In this document: piece after piece, positions 53,401 to 63,192 of the stretch
Numbering within the stretch: position 1 is the first letter of the stretch
Layout: every line of letters starts with the position of its first letter
NCBI GenBank assembly: GCA_051362555.1
Contig: CM120641.1
Location: 1,426,001-1,490,000 of the forward strand
Source of the DNA: Lingula anatina
Lineage: Eukaryota > Animalia > Brachiopoda
Length of the DNA stretch: 64,000 nt
Reading direction: 5' to 3'
Translations under genes and position numbers: made by a program
The notes under the pieces: model-generated
Told to the model about the DNA's origin: nothing
Seen by the model: only the letters and a program-made list of their open reading frames with translations
Databases searched by the model: none

Positions 53401-56400
53401 TTCAACACGGGTAACAATTCTGTTATGTGGGATATTGTCCCATTCATCCTAAAGAGCGTGGCGGAATTGGTCAAGATTATTTAGGAATTGGTTCTCCTCT
53501 GCAATGCACATTCTAATTTATGCCACAGGTGCTCAGTAGGATTAATATCAGGACTCAAAGACGGTTGTCCCATCCTCAGAGCCCTGTGTTTCTGCAACAA
53601 ATCGTTTGCCAGACGAGAGCTGTGAGCAAGTGCGTCGTCACAATGAAACCAGTAGTATCCCTGAAGTCACCTCTTGCAAATGGAGTGAGATTTCTGTTGA
53701 GAATGTTACATCAAAATGCCCCTGTTACGTTTTGTTCCAAAAGGAACAATGTACTAATACTATGGGCTTGGGATGTTCTCCAAATGCGGATTGATCTAAC
53801 ACCTCAGGCGATATTATCCTGCACACACCCTTCCAAGAGGCATTTTTTAACATGTCTATGGACCCTCTTTGACCATCGATGGGATACAAGAAATAATTTG
53901 ATTCTGCATCAAAATCAACTTCCTTCCAGTGATGGATGGTCAGGTTCAGGTGCCTGTGGGATCACTGAACGTAGCATTCTCAGCTGATATCTCATTCCAT
54001 CTTCAAGAACTGACTTTGGGGCTAACTTCAGGCTTTATCATGACTGCACACTTGCTCACACCTCTCGCCTGGCAACTGTTTGTTGAAGAAACATAATGGT
54101 CTAAGGATGGAACCACCATCTTTGAGCCCTGATATCAAACTTACTAATCAACTGTGACATGTATTGGAGTGTGCAATGCAAAGGAGAACCAACCCCATAA
54201 AAACGTGGATCAACTCCCCCAACTTGTTTAAGAAGAATGGGACAATATCCCACATAACAGAATTGTAACCCGTGTTGAAGGCTTGTCGCGCCGTCTACAG
54301 GAAATAATTGCAGTACGCGGTAGCCGCACACGCTGTTAGGCATGTGATCTTTAATGAGCACACCCTAATGCTAATTGTGTGTGAATCTGGTGACATTTGA
54401 TGGCGTCTTTTTAATTTTATAGTCATTTCTTTACATCTTTAGAAGTCATAGTGAAACAGTCGATTTGAGGGGGTACCCCTTATAAAATTTACTAAATGGT
54501 ATAAAATATGTATATTTTCACCACTATTTTGTATTTTTTAAACCATTAATCATGTTAGACACGGTATACGTAATAAAAAAACACTATTTCTAACAATTAA
54601 CAGCTGTTAGGTGATCATTTGTAAATAAAAGTACATGGAAATGGGGGTGGGACAACCGTTTTGACCAATGCTGTAAATGTGCCAGAACATTTCGTGTTTT
54701 ATTAGCTTTCAATTAGACACATCCTACATGTAAAGGTACACAAATGTACACAGTGCAGCATTTTACCGATATGAAAAATTTGTTAGACAGATGAATACCA
54801 CTATTACCTCCAATATTAGCGCAAAACAAATCATTCAGATTAAAGTTGCTATGTTACTACAAATATGTATCTCTCTTTGACTAAATATAAAACATGTATA
54901 GCAGTAGTCACTCACGTCTTTAAGCCTTTTCAGCACCACTATGCCACACCCCTCACCACGTGCGTATCCATCCGCCGCGGATGAGAAGGCTTGGGACTGT
55001 CCTGTTGGCGACACCATCCGGGCTTTACTGAGAGGCACGTGCATCGTGGGCATCATGATAGCGTTCACACCGCCACAGAGCGCCATGTTGCACTCACCTG
55101 GGAGATTTGACAATAACAAATTGTTGAAATATGTCGTTTAAGACAATAGATCGCAAATATGGATATTTCGTTTGCATATCCGTTACATATTGTACACACA
55201 TGAGTCTCCTCTAGACAAAAACATACGAGATGATTCAAAGATGTTCTTTAAATATGATCAACACCTAAAAAAATAATCGTATTGGCAGTTGACGGACGTG
55301 TGGGTTTCATTGATTATCCAGAAAAAATTTAAGTTGAAATTACCAAAAATATGTTGAAACTGTCTACCATTCATTTTGTCAACTTTTTCTGTTTGTTACA
55401 CAATACAATTACAATCAAAATTTCATTTTTATTACAAAGCCAACGGAACGAGGACCTCAATATTTAACTTCTGTTAGCTAACCATTTTGAGGGGGGGGGG
55501 GGAGGGGCGTAGGGGGTCCGAAAAATTATAAAAGCAACAAACCATTCTTCAGTGCCTGGCAGCCAAGATGCGTGGCCACCATGGCCGACGAGCACGCGGT
55601 ATCCACGGACATACAGGGACCGAGAAGGTTGAACACGTAGGACACCCTGGCGGCAGTAATGCTGTTTGAGGCTCCGGTTAGGCTGTAGTTGTTCATGGAG
55701 GACACGTCCGTCTCAAACATGTCCGCAAAGTCGTTATTCATGACGCCTGTAAAGGTAGGAATGTAATAGCCAGCTGAAACTTTTTTATGTTTTTCAATGA
55801 AGCGTGTGTTTGATTTCCCTTAATCGTTCCTTTTCATGTAAAGATAACTTTTAGCTTAAAGTATATATCATTACATATAGGACTTTTTCAAGATAGGTAA
55901 TAAACAAGCTTAGCGGATTTTTAAGTTTACAGAATGCAAGGAGAGATACAACAAACTAGCTTTCTATAACATTTTTATGACGCCACGTTCTATTTTTTCT
56001 TTCACTTCGAACCAATAGTCAGCTCAAGCTCATGCACTTGATAATGATTTATTGTATTGCTGGTTCATTCGGCTTTCAAATGCGGTATACCCACGTACAA
56101 AGCCGTATCATTCTGATTCGATGTAGAAGTGTATATAAAGCGTGACAACCAGATACAACGATGATATTAATGTATCTATGAGGGTCATTACAGTAGAACA
56201 AATAAACACACGAGACCTCATCAACTGCTACATGATTTAACTGTTGCGCGATAAGATGTGTACGTCATCATATAGTAGGGCTACACTATCCATTGTAGAT
56301 AACGGATTTCCGAGATACACGTAAAATTATAAGATTATGTACTTATGCCAGTCCCTAACCACCGAGCGAAATTACACAGGCATACACCCTACTTTAGTAT

Positions 56401-58290
56401 TTGTTTAAAAAATGATCTAGAATAATGAAAAAACAATTGAATCAACTGGAAGTTGTCATCCACTGCTTACCAACATACACCCCGGTCCGGCTTCCCTGTA
56501 TATCCGGGGTCGGTATCCCAGCGTTCTCCAGCGCCATGTAACAACAGTCCAGTACAAACCGCTGCTGGGGGTCCATCCTCGCCGCCTCCAGGTCGTTGAC
56601 CCCAAACAGCCGGTTATCCCACTCTATGTGACTCCTGAGGGAATAGTGGATTTTGATGTGAAATTACGCTTTAATACGGTAGATTTGTTAGGTCGATGAT
56701 ACAGCGATAAACGTTATTTGACGTGCAAAAAAAGCAGACTTCTGTGAACAACACGTTTGGGGAGACCGGGGCTAGTTGGACCCCGGGGTAAGTTGCCCCC
56801 CTCCCACCCATCAAGTCTTTTTAATATTGTTACTTTAAGACGCTAAATTGTTTCATTTGGACTCACTGCCGACGCTTTCTTAGCACTATTGGATACGGTC
56901 ATTTTACAAAATGATGTGGTCAATTCTTTTATCCCATAGTTACTTTGTCATAAATTGATGGGGGTCCAACTTACTCCGGGGTCCAACTAGCCCGTCTCCC
57001 CTATTAAAAGCACATCTAACTTCTATCGTTCATTATTTCTATTTAGTGATTGTTTTTTTCTTACCCACCACGTCTGTTCTGGGTATCATTTCCCCATTTC
57101 ACTTTGCTTTTTGGTCTTATATACATATATTTCTAGCAAAAGTATCCTACATGTGTTCTCTGCCTTTCAACAGCACTAGCTTATTGTTTGATCTAAATGG
57201 TGCATCTTCAACCTGCAGTCCTGCCTTTCATACAATTGATTACATTTTATATAATACATCATGAAAGGTGAGAAAATTTAGATTTACTACAAACATTAGC
57301 TATTAACACAGTTATTTTTATTATCTTTATTTATTTATTTATTTGCGAAAACATTTTATGTGTGATTTCAAAGCACTCTGCAGTAAGGACGATGTGATAT
57401 GAAATGGAACTTTGCGCACTACACCAAAAGTGAAAGCTTATGTTTACTACGACCGCTCGCTGTATCAGGTTAAATGAAACGCGAGATGTATCAGGTTTTG
57501 TATCTAATCTAATAATTTGTGTTCCTTATTGTGCGCCAAACGAGCATTTGATCCGTTTTAGCTTCGATGGCCATAGTCAAATATGTATTATGAATTTGAC
57601 AAAAGGAAGAAAGAAATGAAGGAGTTAGATTTTGTGGTGCTTTCAAATAACAGCTACTGATGAGAATGAGCGATGTTACAAATTTCCAAATGAAAAAAAC
57701 TTATCGATAAGGAAAGTGAAAGTGAAAATAAAAGTGGACTGCGAGGCAGGGAGAGGAGGTTGGCGCACACATTCTTCAAATATCGTACTTGTTTCAAACT
57801 TTAACCGTGTACAAGTTTTCTATAAGTTAAGTTTGTGCCCTAACAAAACGATATTCTTAAAAGCACTCTTTTTAAAAACGCTTTGCTTTCCTTGAACAAA
57901 GAAAATAGTACCCATTGACGTGTTCATGGTGTATTTCTACGTCTTTTTACTACAACTTATAACTACGACACTTGCTCATAAATGTATTAGAATTTTTAAC
58001 GAGACTGCGTAGCTGATCTTCCTAAAACTGCTTCTTGCATCAAGTGAGAATGGGGAAGAAGATCAAAATTTCACCTACCCTTTAACAAAGCCAGCCCGAG
58101 TGACGTAGGTTTTGCCAGGGGCATCTGGGTCAGATGAGAAGAAAGCGTCATTATTCCATCTTTCTTTTGGTATATCAATCACGTGGTTCTCTCCATTTTC
58201 AAGAACTTTCCAGAATTCATCAATGTCGTCTGCTCCGGGAAAGCGGCAGCCGACGCCGACGATGGCGATAGCGTCATCGCCTAACATCAT
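44363..58290 (-). CDS. Animal-type iterative type I polyketide synthase with C-terminal NRPS condensation and PH domains (KS-AT-DH-psiKR-ER0-KR-ACP-C-PH), about 2793 aa; join of 58290-58079, 56634-56471, 55746-55543, 55097-54916, 52818-52644, 52395-45262, 44975-44787, 44484-44363
   Basis: Manual splicing. All 7 introns within the CDS are GT-AG with matching phases (2,1,1,0,1,1,1). The summed length of 8382 nt is divisible by 3 and ends in TAA. Motifs: IAIVGVGCRFPG, MDPQQR, DTACSS, EAHGTGT, KTNIGHLESAAG (KS); GQSVG and AYHS (AT); HYMGGKVVAP and HPAILD (DH); GGLTGLG and NYGAGN (KR); GIDSM (ACP); HHSALD (C); C-terminal PH pattern. Confidence 0.93.
44787..44975 (-). CDS. PKS coding exon 7 (N-terminal half of PH domain)
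   Basis: GMFFTKVNPKGIRHKRFVRVISSQNGGWPQLVWSEKADDTGISKESKSIAINLIEKVGFSQSK. Acceptor tttgttattcaccAG, donor G|GTAAGT, phase 1-1. Confidence 0.85.
45262..52395 (-). CDS. PKS coding exon 6, giant 7134-nt exon: KS C-terminus, AT (~50650-51610), DH (~49700-50510), psiKR, dead ER, KR (~47250-47925), ACP (~46825-47050), C domain (~45385-46715)
   Basis: Corresponds to the 2379-aa track ORF, extended to acceptor AG|GG ACA GGG ACC (completing HGTGT). Donor ACA G|GTAGGT at 45261. Domain boundaries are approximate. Confidence 0.95.
52644..52818 (-). CDS. PKS coding exon 5 (KS, first catalytic His)
   Basis: ALKDGDKIWAIIGTGVNQDGRTAHPITAPSGSQQAALLKEVFAKYHVNSDDIQYVEAH, in a different frame from the track ORF at 52608-52808. 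Donor G|GTAAAT. Confidence 0.92.
53008..54673. mobile_element. Foldback non-autonomous Tc1 (DD34E) derivative in a PKS intron
   Basis: TA|CAGCATTGGTCAAAA...TTTTGACCAATGCTG|TA termini with ~700-bp inverted arms. The left arm on the minus strand encodes HCDDALAH...SPDINPTEHLW with 34 residues between D and E. The right arm encodes EEWDNIPHNRIVTRVEGLSRRLQEIIAVRG, a Tc1-like C-terminus. Confidence 0.88.
54916..55097 (-). CDS. PKS coding exon 4 (KS)
   Basis: ECNMALCGGVN...ADGYARGEGCGIVVLKRLKD. Acceptor tctcccAG, donor GAC|GTGAGT. Confidence 0.92.
55543..55746 (-). CDS. PKS coding exon 3 (KS active-site Cys)
   Basis: VMNNDFAD...GPCMSVDTACSSAMVATHLGCQALKN. Acceptor cctttacAG, donor G|GTTTGT. Confidence 0.92.
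56471..56634 (-). CDS. PKS coding exon 2 (KS; absent from the ORF track)
   Basis: Translates as SHIEWDNRLFGVNDLEAARMDPQQRFVLDCCYMALENAGIPTPDIQGSRTGVYV. Acceptor ttccctcAG, donor G|GTAAGC. Confidence 0.92.
56759..57001. mobile_element. MITE in a PKS intron
   Basis: TIRs GGGGAGACCGGGGCTAGTTGGACCCCGGGGTAAGTTG and CAACTTACTCCGGGGTCCAACTAGCCCGTCTCCCC. Confidence 0.8.
58079..58290 (-). CDS. PKS coding exon 1 (KS N-terminus)
   Basis: MMLGDDAIAIVGVGCRFPGADDIDEFWKVLENGENHV...AGFVK. Acceptor catccAG just upstream of the ATG. Donor GG|GTAGGT at 58078. Confidence 0.92.
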
Positions 58291-58525
58291 AAACTACTGG
58301 ATGATGAAAAATAATAAAACTAAATAAAAGAGTCAGAATATCTAAAATATTTGAAAAAGAGTCAGAGATGCAAAAAATGAAAATGTAAGCGGAACAAACG
58401 AAACCATTTAATTATGAGTACTGGAAAAAAACATCTAATTATATTTAGAAAAATATCTGAGATGTTCAAACAAACAAGTTTACAAAATATTAAGAATTCT
58501 TTTGAGTATTCAGTTTGAACCTTAC

Positions 58526-58578
58526 CGGCTGAGAGCTTCGATCGCGACTAACGCTTCTTTGATAAGTGCCTATTTATA
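58526..58578 (-). promoter_or_regulatory. PKS core promoter (TATA box plus initiator) and ~24-nt non-coding first exon
   Basis: TATAAATA at 58578-58571. Inr-like TTAGTC with its A at 58549, 29 nt from the first T of TATA. Donor CCG|GTAAG at 58525, splicing to an acceptor near 58297. Confidence 0.7.
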
Positions 58579-59909
58579 ACATCGAGGTATCTATCAGCAT
58601 GACAAGCTAATTGGAATCCCTATCTTTATCATTCTATCCATGAAATTGATTAATATGATTACATCTCATTGATCATAACAATAATATTCAAAGCATTGTC
58701 CTGACTTGCAATTTAATTTGCAGTGTCATGGCTGACTTTCAGCATTACGGCACTCACACTGCGCGACTGAAAGGCATCGGCAAAATCGGACACTGCTAAA
58801 ATATCATCGTCACCATTATGTAGCCGTTTATTGGATTAAACGCAATCCATCATTGGAAATTACGACTACCGTGTGCGTCGGGATTACTAGTACGACCATT
58901 GACACTAGTTCAAACACCAGTAGATATCATATCTTTATCGGAATACCGTATGCCAATCATGATGACCATGGTTTACGTTTCTCATATTTTGTTCATTGTT
59001 TTTGATGAACAGTCTATGGGGGTCTTTGATCGCGTCTGGCGTTCAATAGATTGCTGATGGATTATCATTTTAAAAGAGTGGCTCTAAATTGACAACTGGC
59101 GTACAACAATAGCTTTCTGTGTCCAAAAAGAAGTAAAAAGCATAAATCATAAAAAGTAAGTACAGAAAAAGCAAAGAAATTGAGGCTACGATACCAGTCG
59201 TCATTTATCCTTAAAGGGGTAATACCTCTTCGTTTCGGCCAAAAAATGAATTTTCCTGGAGCAAACAATAATTTCCCCATACTTACCAATGGTTAATAAA
59301 TCCATTTTTACATTAAAAGTTAGTCCCTGTTTTTTTTTTCTAAAAAGAGATTTTAACAGAGTATAGCCATCAATGGAGGTCACATGGTCTAAAGACAAGC
59401 TCAGATATCAGAATAATGGCTATAACTGCCGTTTTTGTGGTAAAACAGAATATATTATATTTCTATGAGTTATTCACATTGTTTTTATTGTGAAATATAG
59501 ATCTCATACGAAGAGTTATTATCCCTTTAATTGACAGTCACTGGGCACCTGTGGTTGAAAGATGTAAAGTTATATGTACATAGATCCACAATGGTGGGTA
59601 CAAATTCAGGAACGATACAATGGCATAAGAAAAAAAAAGCGAGTTATCCCTTCACTCGGTATCTTTCAATGAAAGAAAATTTTAAAAAAAAGCTTTTACA
59701 GGAAGACGTCGTTCCCTCTACCACACACACATACACTGGAGCATCCCATGATATACATAAAAAGATCCCAACAGCAATTCAATTTTAATTCAAAGGGCAC
59801 GAGAGACGTTATATTCTTCAAAATTATGGAACTGGTTTTAGTTTTTTATTACGCAAATTATTTATGTCCTAAGCACCATCATTTTAATTTCAAAATATGA
59901 ATACACACG

Positions 59910-60821
59910 CTATAATCCAATCGCGAGAAAAATATCAAATTCAACACCTAGATTCGTGTGTTCTATTAAAGGCACCCAGTTGTTAAACCTCAGAGCAATC
60001 ACACTTTTCAAGAACTTTCTGCTTGCTTCTGACAACGAGTCATCGGACATCAAAGTTCTGTCAATTTTGGCACAAGCCACGTCGATCGTGTCTATGAACT
60101 CGTCTTGCTCCAGCTTTCCCCCTACACTGATGAGCATACTGGCAACAGTCTTGATAAGATAGTCCATTGGGTCGTCTAGCAGGCACTCTATGACTTCCAT
60201 TATACTGTCTGCTAACACCAGTCCCTTCGCATACATCCGGGCAATGAAGATACCCAAATGTTTAATTTTCGTCGTCAATGAAGCTATTTGTTCAGCTGTT
60301 CTTTCCATTGAGGTCTCCAATCGGATCTGAGACGACCGGGAGTGTGAAGAGTAATCCTTCGTCGACAAACGGGCATACGAATTCAGTTTGCTCTGGTATA
60401 AGTCCAACGTAGAGTGAAAGTCCTGTTCGATTTTGTTTACAATGGCGTGGGTAATTCGCAGCTGAGCCATCTTTCCTCCTGAAGTGGGATTTGTGAATAC
60501 TCGCATCTCAGTCTGGTAAATACTGGCTATAAGTTGTACAACTGGGCCTCCGATTAAGACATCTGATTTGACATTTTGTAATATCAAATATCCCAGAACG
60601 TCTATTTCTGTACGAGTGCACACTTTCTCGAAAACAACCTTAGTGAATTGTTTTGTGATTTCCTTCATTGCGCTCTTATTTGGCTTGAAAGGGTCTATCT
60701 TTTTCGAAACAAGATCTAGAATCTTCTGGATATCCTTTCCAAGGGGCGAATTCTTTGCCATCGCCTCCACAAAGCTGTCTTGGTCAACTCCAAGGCGACT
60801 GTCAGACTCTGAGAAATTCAT
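59910..60821 (-). CDS. Intronless 303-aa MIF4G-domain protein, divergent eIF4G middle-domain-like
   Basis: The C-terminal half (HLGIFIARMYAKGLVLADSIMEVIECLL...IKTVASMLISVGGKLE...SRKFLKSVIALRFNNWVP) follows the eIF4G MIF4G pattern as I recall it (GNIKFIGELFKLKML...LECLCRLLTTIGKDLD...RIRFMLQDVLDLR..NWVP). AIVNKIEQDF resembles LLLNRCQKEF. The 912-nt ORF is uninterrupted in AT-rich DNA. Confidence 0.8.
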   Translation of the reverse strand: MNFSESDSRLGVDQDSFVEAMAKNSPLGKDIQKILDLVSKKIDPFKPNKSAMKEITKQFTKVVFEKVCTRTEIDVLGYLILQNVKSDVLIGGPVVQLIASIYQTEMRVFTNPTSGGKMAQLRITHAIVNKIEQDFHSTLDLYQSKLNSYARLSTKDYSSHSRSSQIRLETSMERTAEQIASLTTKIKHLGIFIARMYAKGLVLADSIMEVIECLLDDPMDYLIKTVASMLISVGGKLEQDEFIDTIDVACAKIDRTLMSDDSLSEASRKFLKSVIALRFNNWVPLIEHTNLGVEFDIFLAIGL

Positions 60822-60908
60822 TTTCCGTGTAAAAAAATATTAGACATTTAACCTTATTATGATGAAAGATTATTTAACTCACGACAAAGTCCGCGTTACA
60901 CAGCTAGC

Positions 60909-60990
60909 TACGTCAGTAAACGTCATTGCGACGCGATTCTGACGTCAACGGACACAGTACGTGGCGCCACCTTTTTCACACGTCACTAAC
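60909..60990. promoter_or_regulatory. Cluster of CRE/ATF-type sites upstream of the MIF4G gene
   Basis: Perfect TGACGTCA at 60940-60947 plus ACGTCA half-sites near 60910, 60920 and 60981. All lie about 90-170 nt upstream of the ATG in a CpG-rich patch. Confidence 0.5.
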
Positions 60991-61029
60991 CATATCATAT
61001 TTATGCCATTCCATTCCAACAATTAAATA

Positions 61030-61280
61030 CAGGGGCGGATACAGGATTATTTAAAGGGGGGGGGGGGGGTCCGCGGATGCGAAGCCGACCCCCCCCCCCC
61101 CCCCACTGGGGGGTTCGGGGCCCCCTTAAATTTTTTGGTATTTTAGAGGGCGAATAATGCCATTTGGTGCGGTTTATAATTATGATTCAGCTAGACAAAA
61201 TTCTTATTTCATGAGGGGACCAGAAATCGAAGGGGGGGGGGGGTCAGGACCTCCCTGACTCCCCTCTAAATCCGCCACTG
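61030..61280. mobile_element. hAT-like MITE with G/C tracts
   Basis: CAGGGGCGGAT...ATCCGCCACTG termini and internal poly-G/poly-C runs. TSD not evident. Confidence 0.65.
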
Positions 61281-61761
61281 AAATGTTTAGGCTGGTTGTT
61301 CACAACTGAGCCGACTGGTATTTTTTCATAAAAAGAAATAACGACCATAGTAAGCTAGAATTATTTTGTACTTAATTCAACTATATGTTTGTTGCTGCAT
61401 TAGTAAAAATGTCCCTCGGTAATCGTTAAAATGAGATAATGGTATTTATTATTTCATTAAACATTTGAGGAGTCACACGTGCATGAAACAATTACTATCA
61501 CTTACAGAGAGAGGAGAGATATTTTTCTGTAAAATTAACCCTCATCCACCTTTCAGGGGCCTCGCAGGCCGGACCCATGTATCTTTTGCTCTCTCTTCGT
61601 TCGCATGAGGTTTTGAGCCTGTTCCTTTCATGTAATCCTCAAGCAACTTATACCCCATCAATGGATAAATAATTAGTTTTGAAATAATTTACACCATATG
61701 TAGAAATTAACTTTTCCAAAAGTTAGTCCCATTTCCTGGAAACCGGGCCTCTGAGGCCCGG

Positions 61762-63192
61762 CGTAACATGAAAATCTGACTCCCCCCCATGAAAATTTGA
61801 CTCCCCCTCCACAAAACTTCATAAATCTTATTTTATTTGAGTATATGACTGTGATCTTGTAGAATGTAAAATGGAGGATACATTGGCACTTTTTTCTAGT
61901 TTGCATGTGTATATTTTCATGAAAAAAAAAGAAAATTAAAAATGTGCACTTAACCGCCCATTGTCTCCCCTATGAAGAAGCTATTTATTTGATATTGGAT
62001 GATCATTTCTACATCTTTCCTTAAAATTAACTTTATGAAGATTATATTGGAAATATTTGAAAGTTTGATGGTGAACTATTGGGTGAAAAAACTAAAAAAA
62101 AAACATGAAAAATTAGAAAATTAAAAATGTTTATTTTATCACCCAATAACTCCCCTATGAAAAAGCTATCTATTTAATATTTGATGATCATTTCAACACC
62201 TTTCCTTAACTTTTACTTTATGAAGATAATATTGGAAATATTTGAAAGTTTGACGATAAAATATTGGGTGAAAAAAACAAACAAACAAAAAAAAACATGA
62301 AAAATAAGAAAATTAAAAATGTGCATTTTATCACCCAAAACTCCCCTTTGAAAAAGCTATCTATTTAATATTTGATGATCATTTCAACACCTTTCCTTTT
62401 AGGGTACTTTATGTGAAATATATTGGAAATATTTAAAAGTTTGATGATAAAATAGTGAGTGAAAGAATGAAAAAGAAATCATGAAAATCTTCATTTTTAT
62501 ACCCATGAAATTTGGACTCCCATGAAGAAAAGGACCTATTTTATATTCAGTCACCATACCATTGTTTTCCACATAGTTTGCACAAAGATGTACATTTTTT
62601 TATTATTTGAAAGTTTGGTGATGAAAATTTTGGTGAATATTTTTAAAACAATTATTTATCTTACTACCTGTAGGTTTTGCACTTCCATGTCAAAACGCTA
62701 CATTTTTAACTGAAGAAATTGGCCCCATCGCCTTTTTACTGAATTCTTCTTATATAGCATACCCAGTAATTTACCATTCAAACTTTCAAATATTTCCAAT
62801 ATATTCTTCATAAAGGATCCTTAAAGGAAAGATGTCAGAATGATCATCAAATATCAAATAGATAGCTTTTTCATAGGGGAGTCATTGGGTGTTAGAATAA
62901 TAAATCCTTAATTTTTTCTTATTTTTTAATGTGTTTTTTTCCACCCAATTTTTTACCATCAAACTTTCAAGTACTTCCAATATAATCTTCATAAAGTAAC
63001 CTAAAAGGAAAGATGTTGAAATGCCCACCTGCAAACTAACAAAAAGTGCCAATGTGTCCTCCATTATGCATACTGCAAGATCATAGTCATTTACTCAAAT
63101 TAAGTGAGATTTATGAACGTTTTTTTTTTTTTTTTGGGGGGGGGGGGGGGGGAGTCAAAATTTCATTGGGGGAGTCAGATTTTCATGGTACA
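61762..63192. mobile_element. TIR element nested in the piggyBac (Ginger-like, CCGG target duplication)
   Basis: CCGG|CGTAACATGAAAATCTGACTCCCCC...GGGGGAGTCAGATTTTCATGGTACA|CCGG. Removing it restores the host subterminal repeat. The family assignment rests on recalled TGT..ACA termini and 4-bp TSD and is less certain than the insertion itself. Confidence 0.8.
61915..62540 (+). repeat. ~190-bp tandem repeat (about 3 copies), with inverted copies at ~62770-63020
   Basis: The unit start CTCCCCT(A/T)TGAA(G/A)AAGCTAT recurs at 61965, 62150 and 62341. Its reverse complement ATAGCTTTTTCATAGGGGAG occurs near 62862-62881. Confidence 0.85.

Noticed and set aside
53520-53987. 155-aa plus-strand ORF inside the PKS intron
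   Set aside because: It lies antisense to a decayed Tc1 transposase within the foldback element.
61915-62540. Regularly spaced repeats as a CRISPR-like array
   Set aside because: Whole ~190-bp units are repeated with no unique spacers, there are no cas genes, and the context is a eukaryotic transposon.
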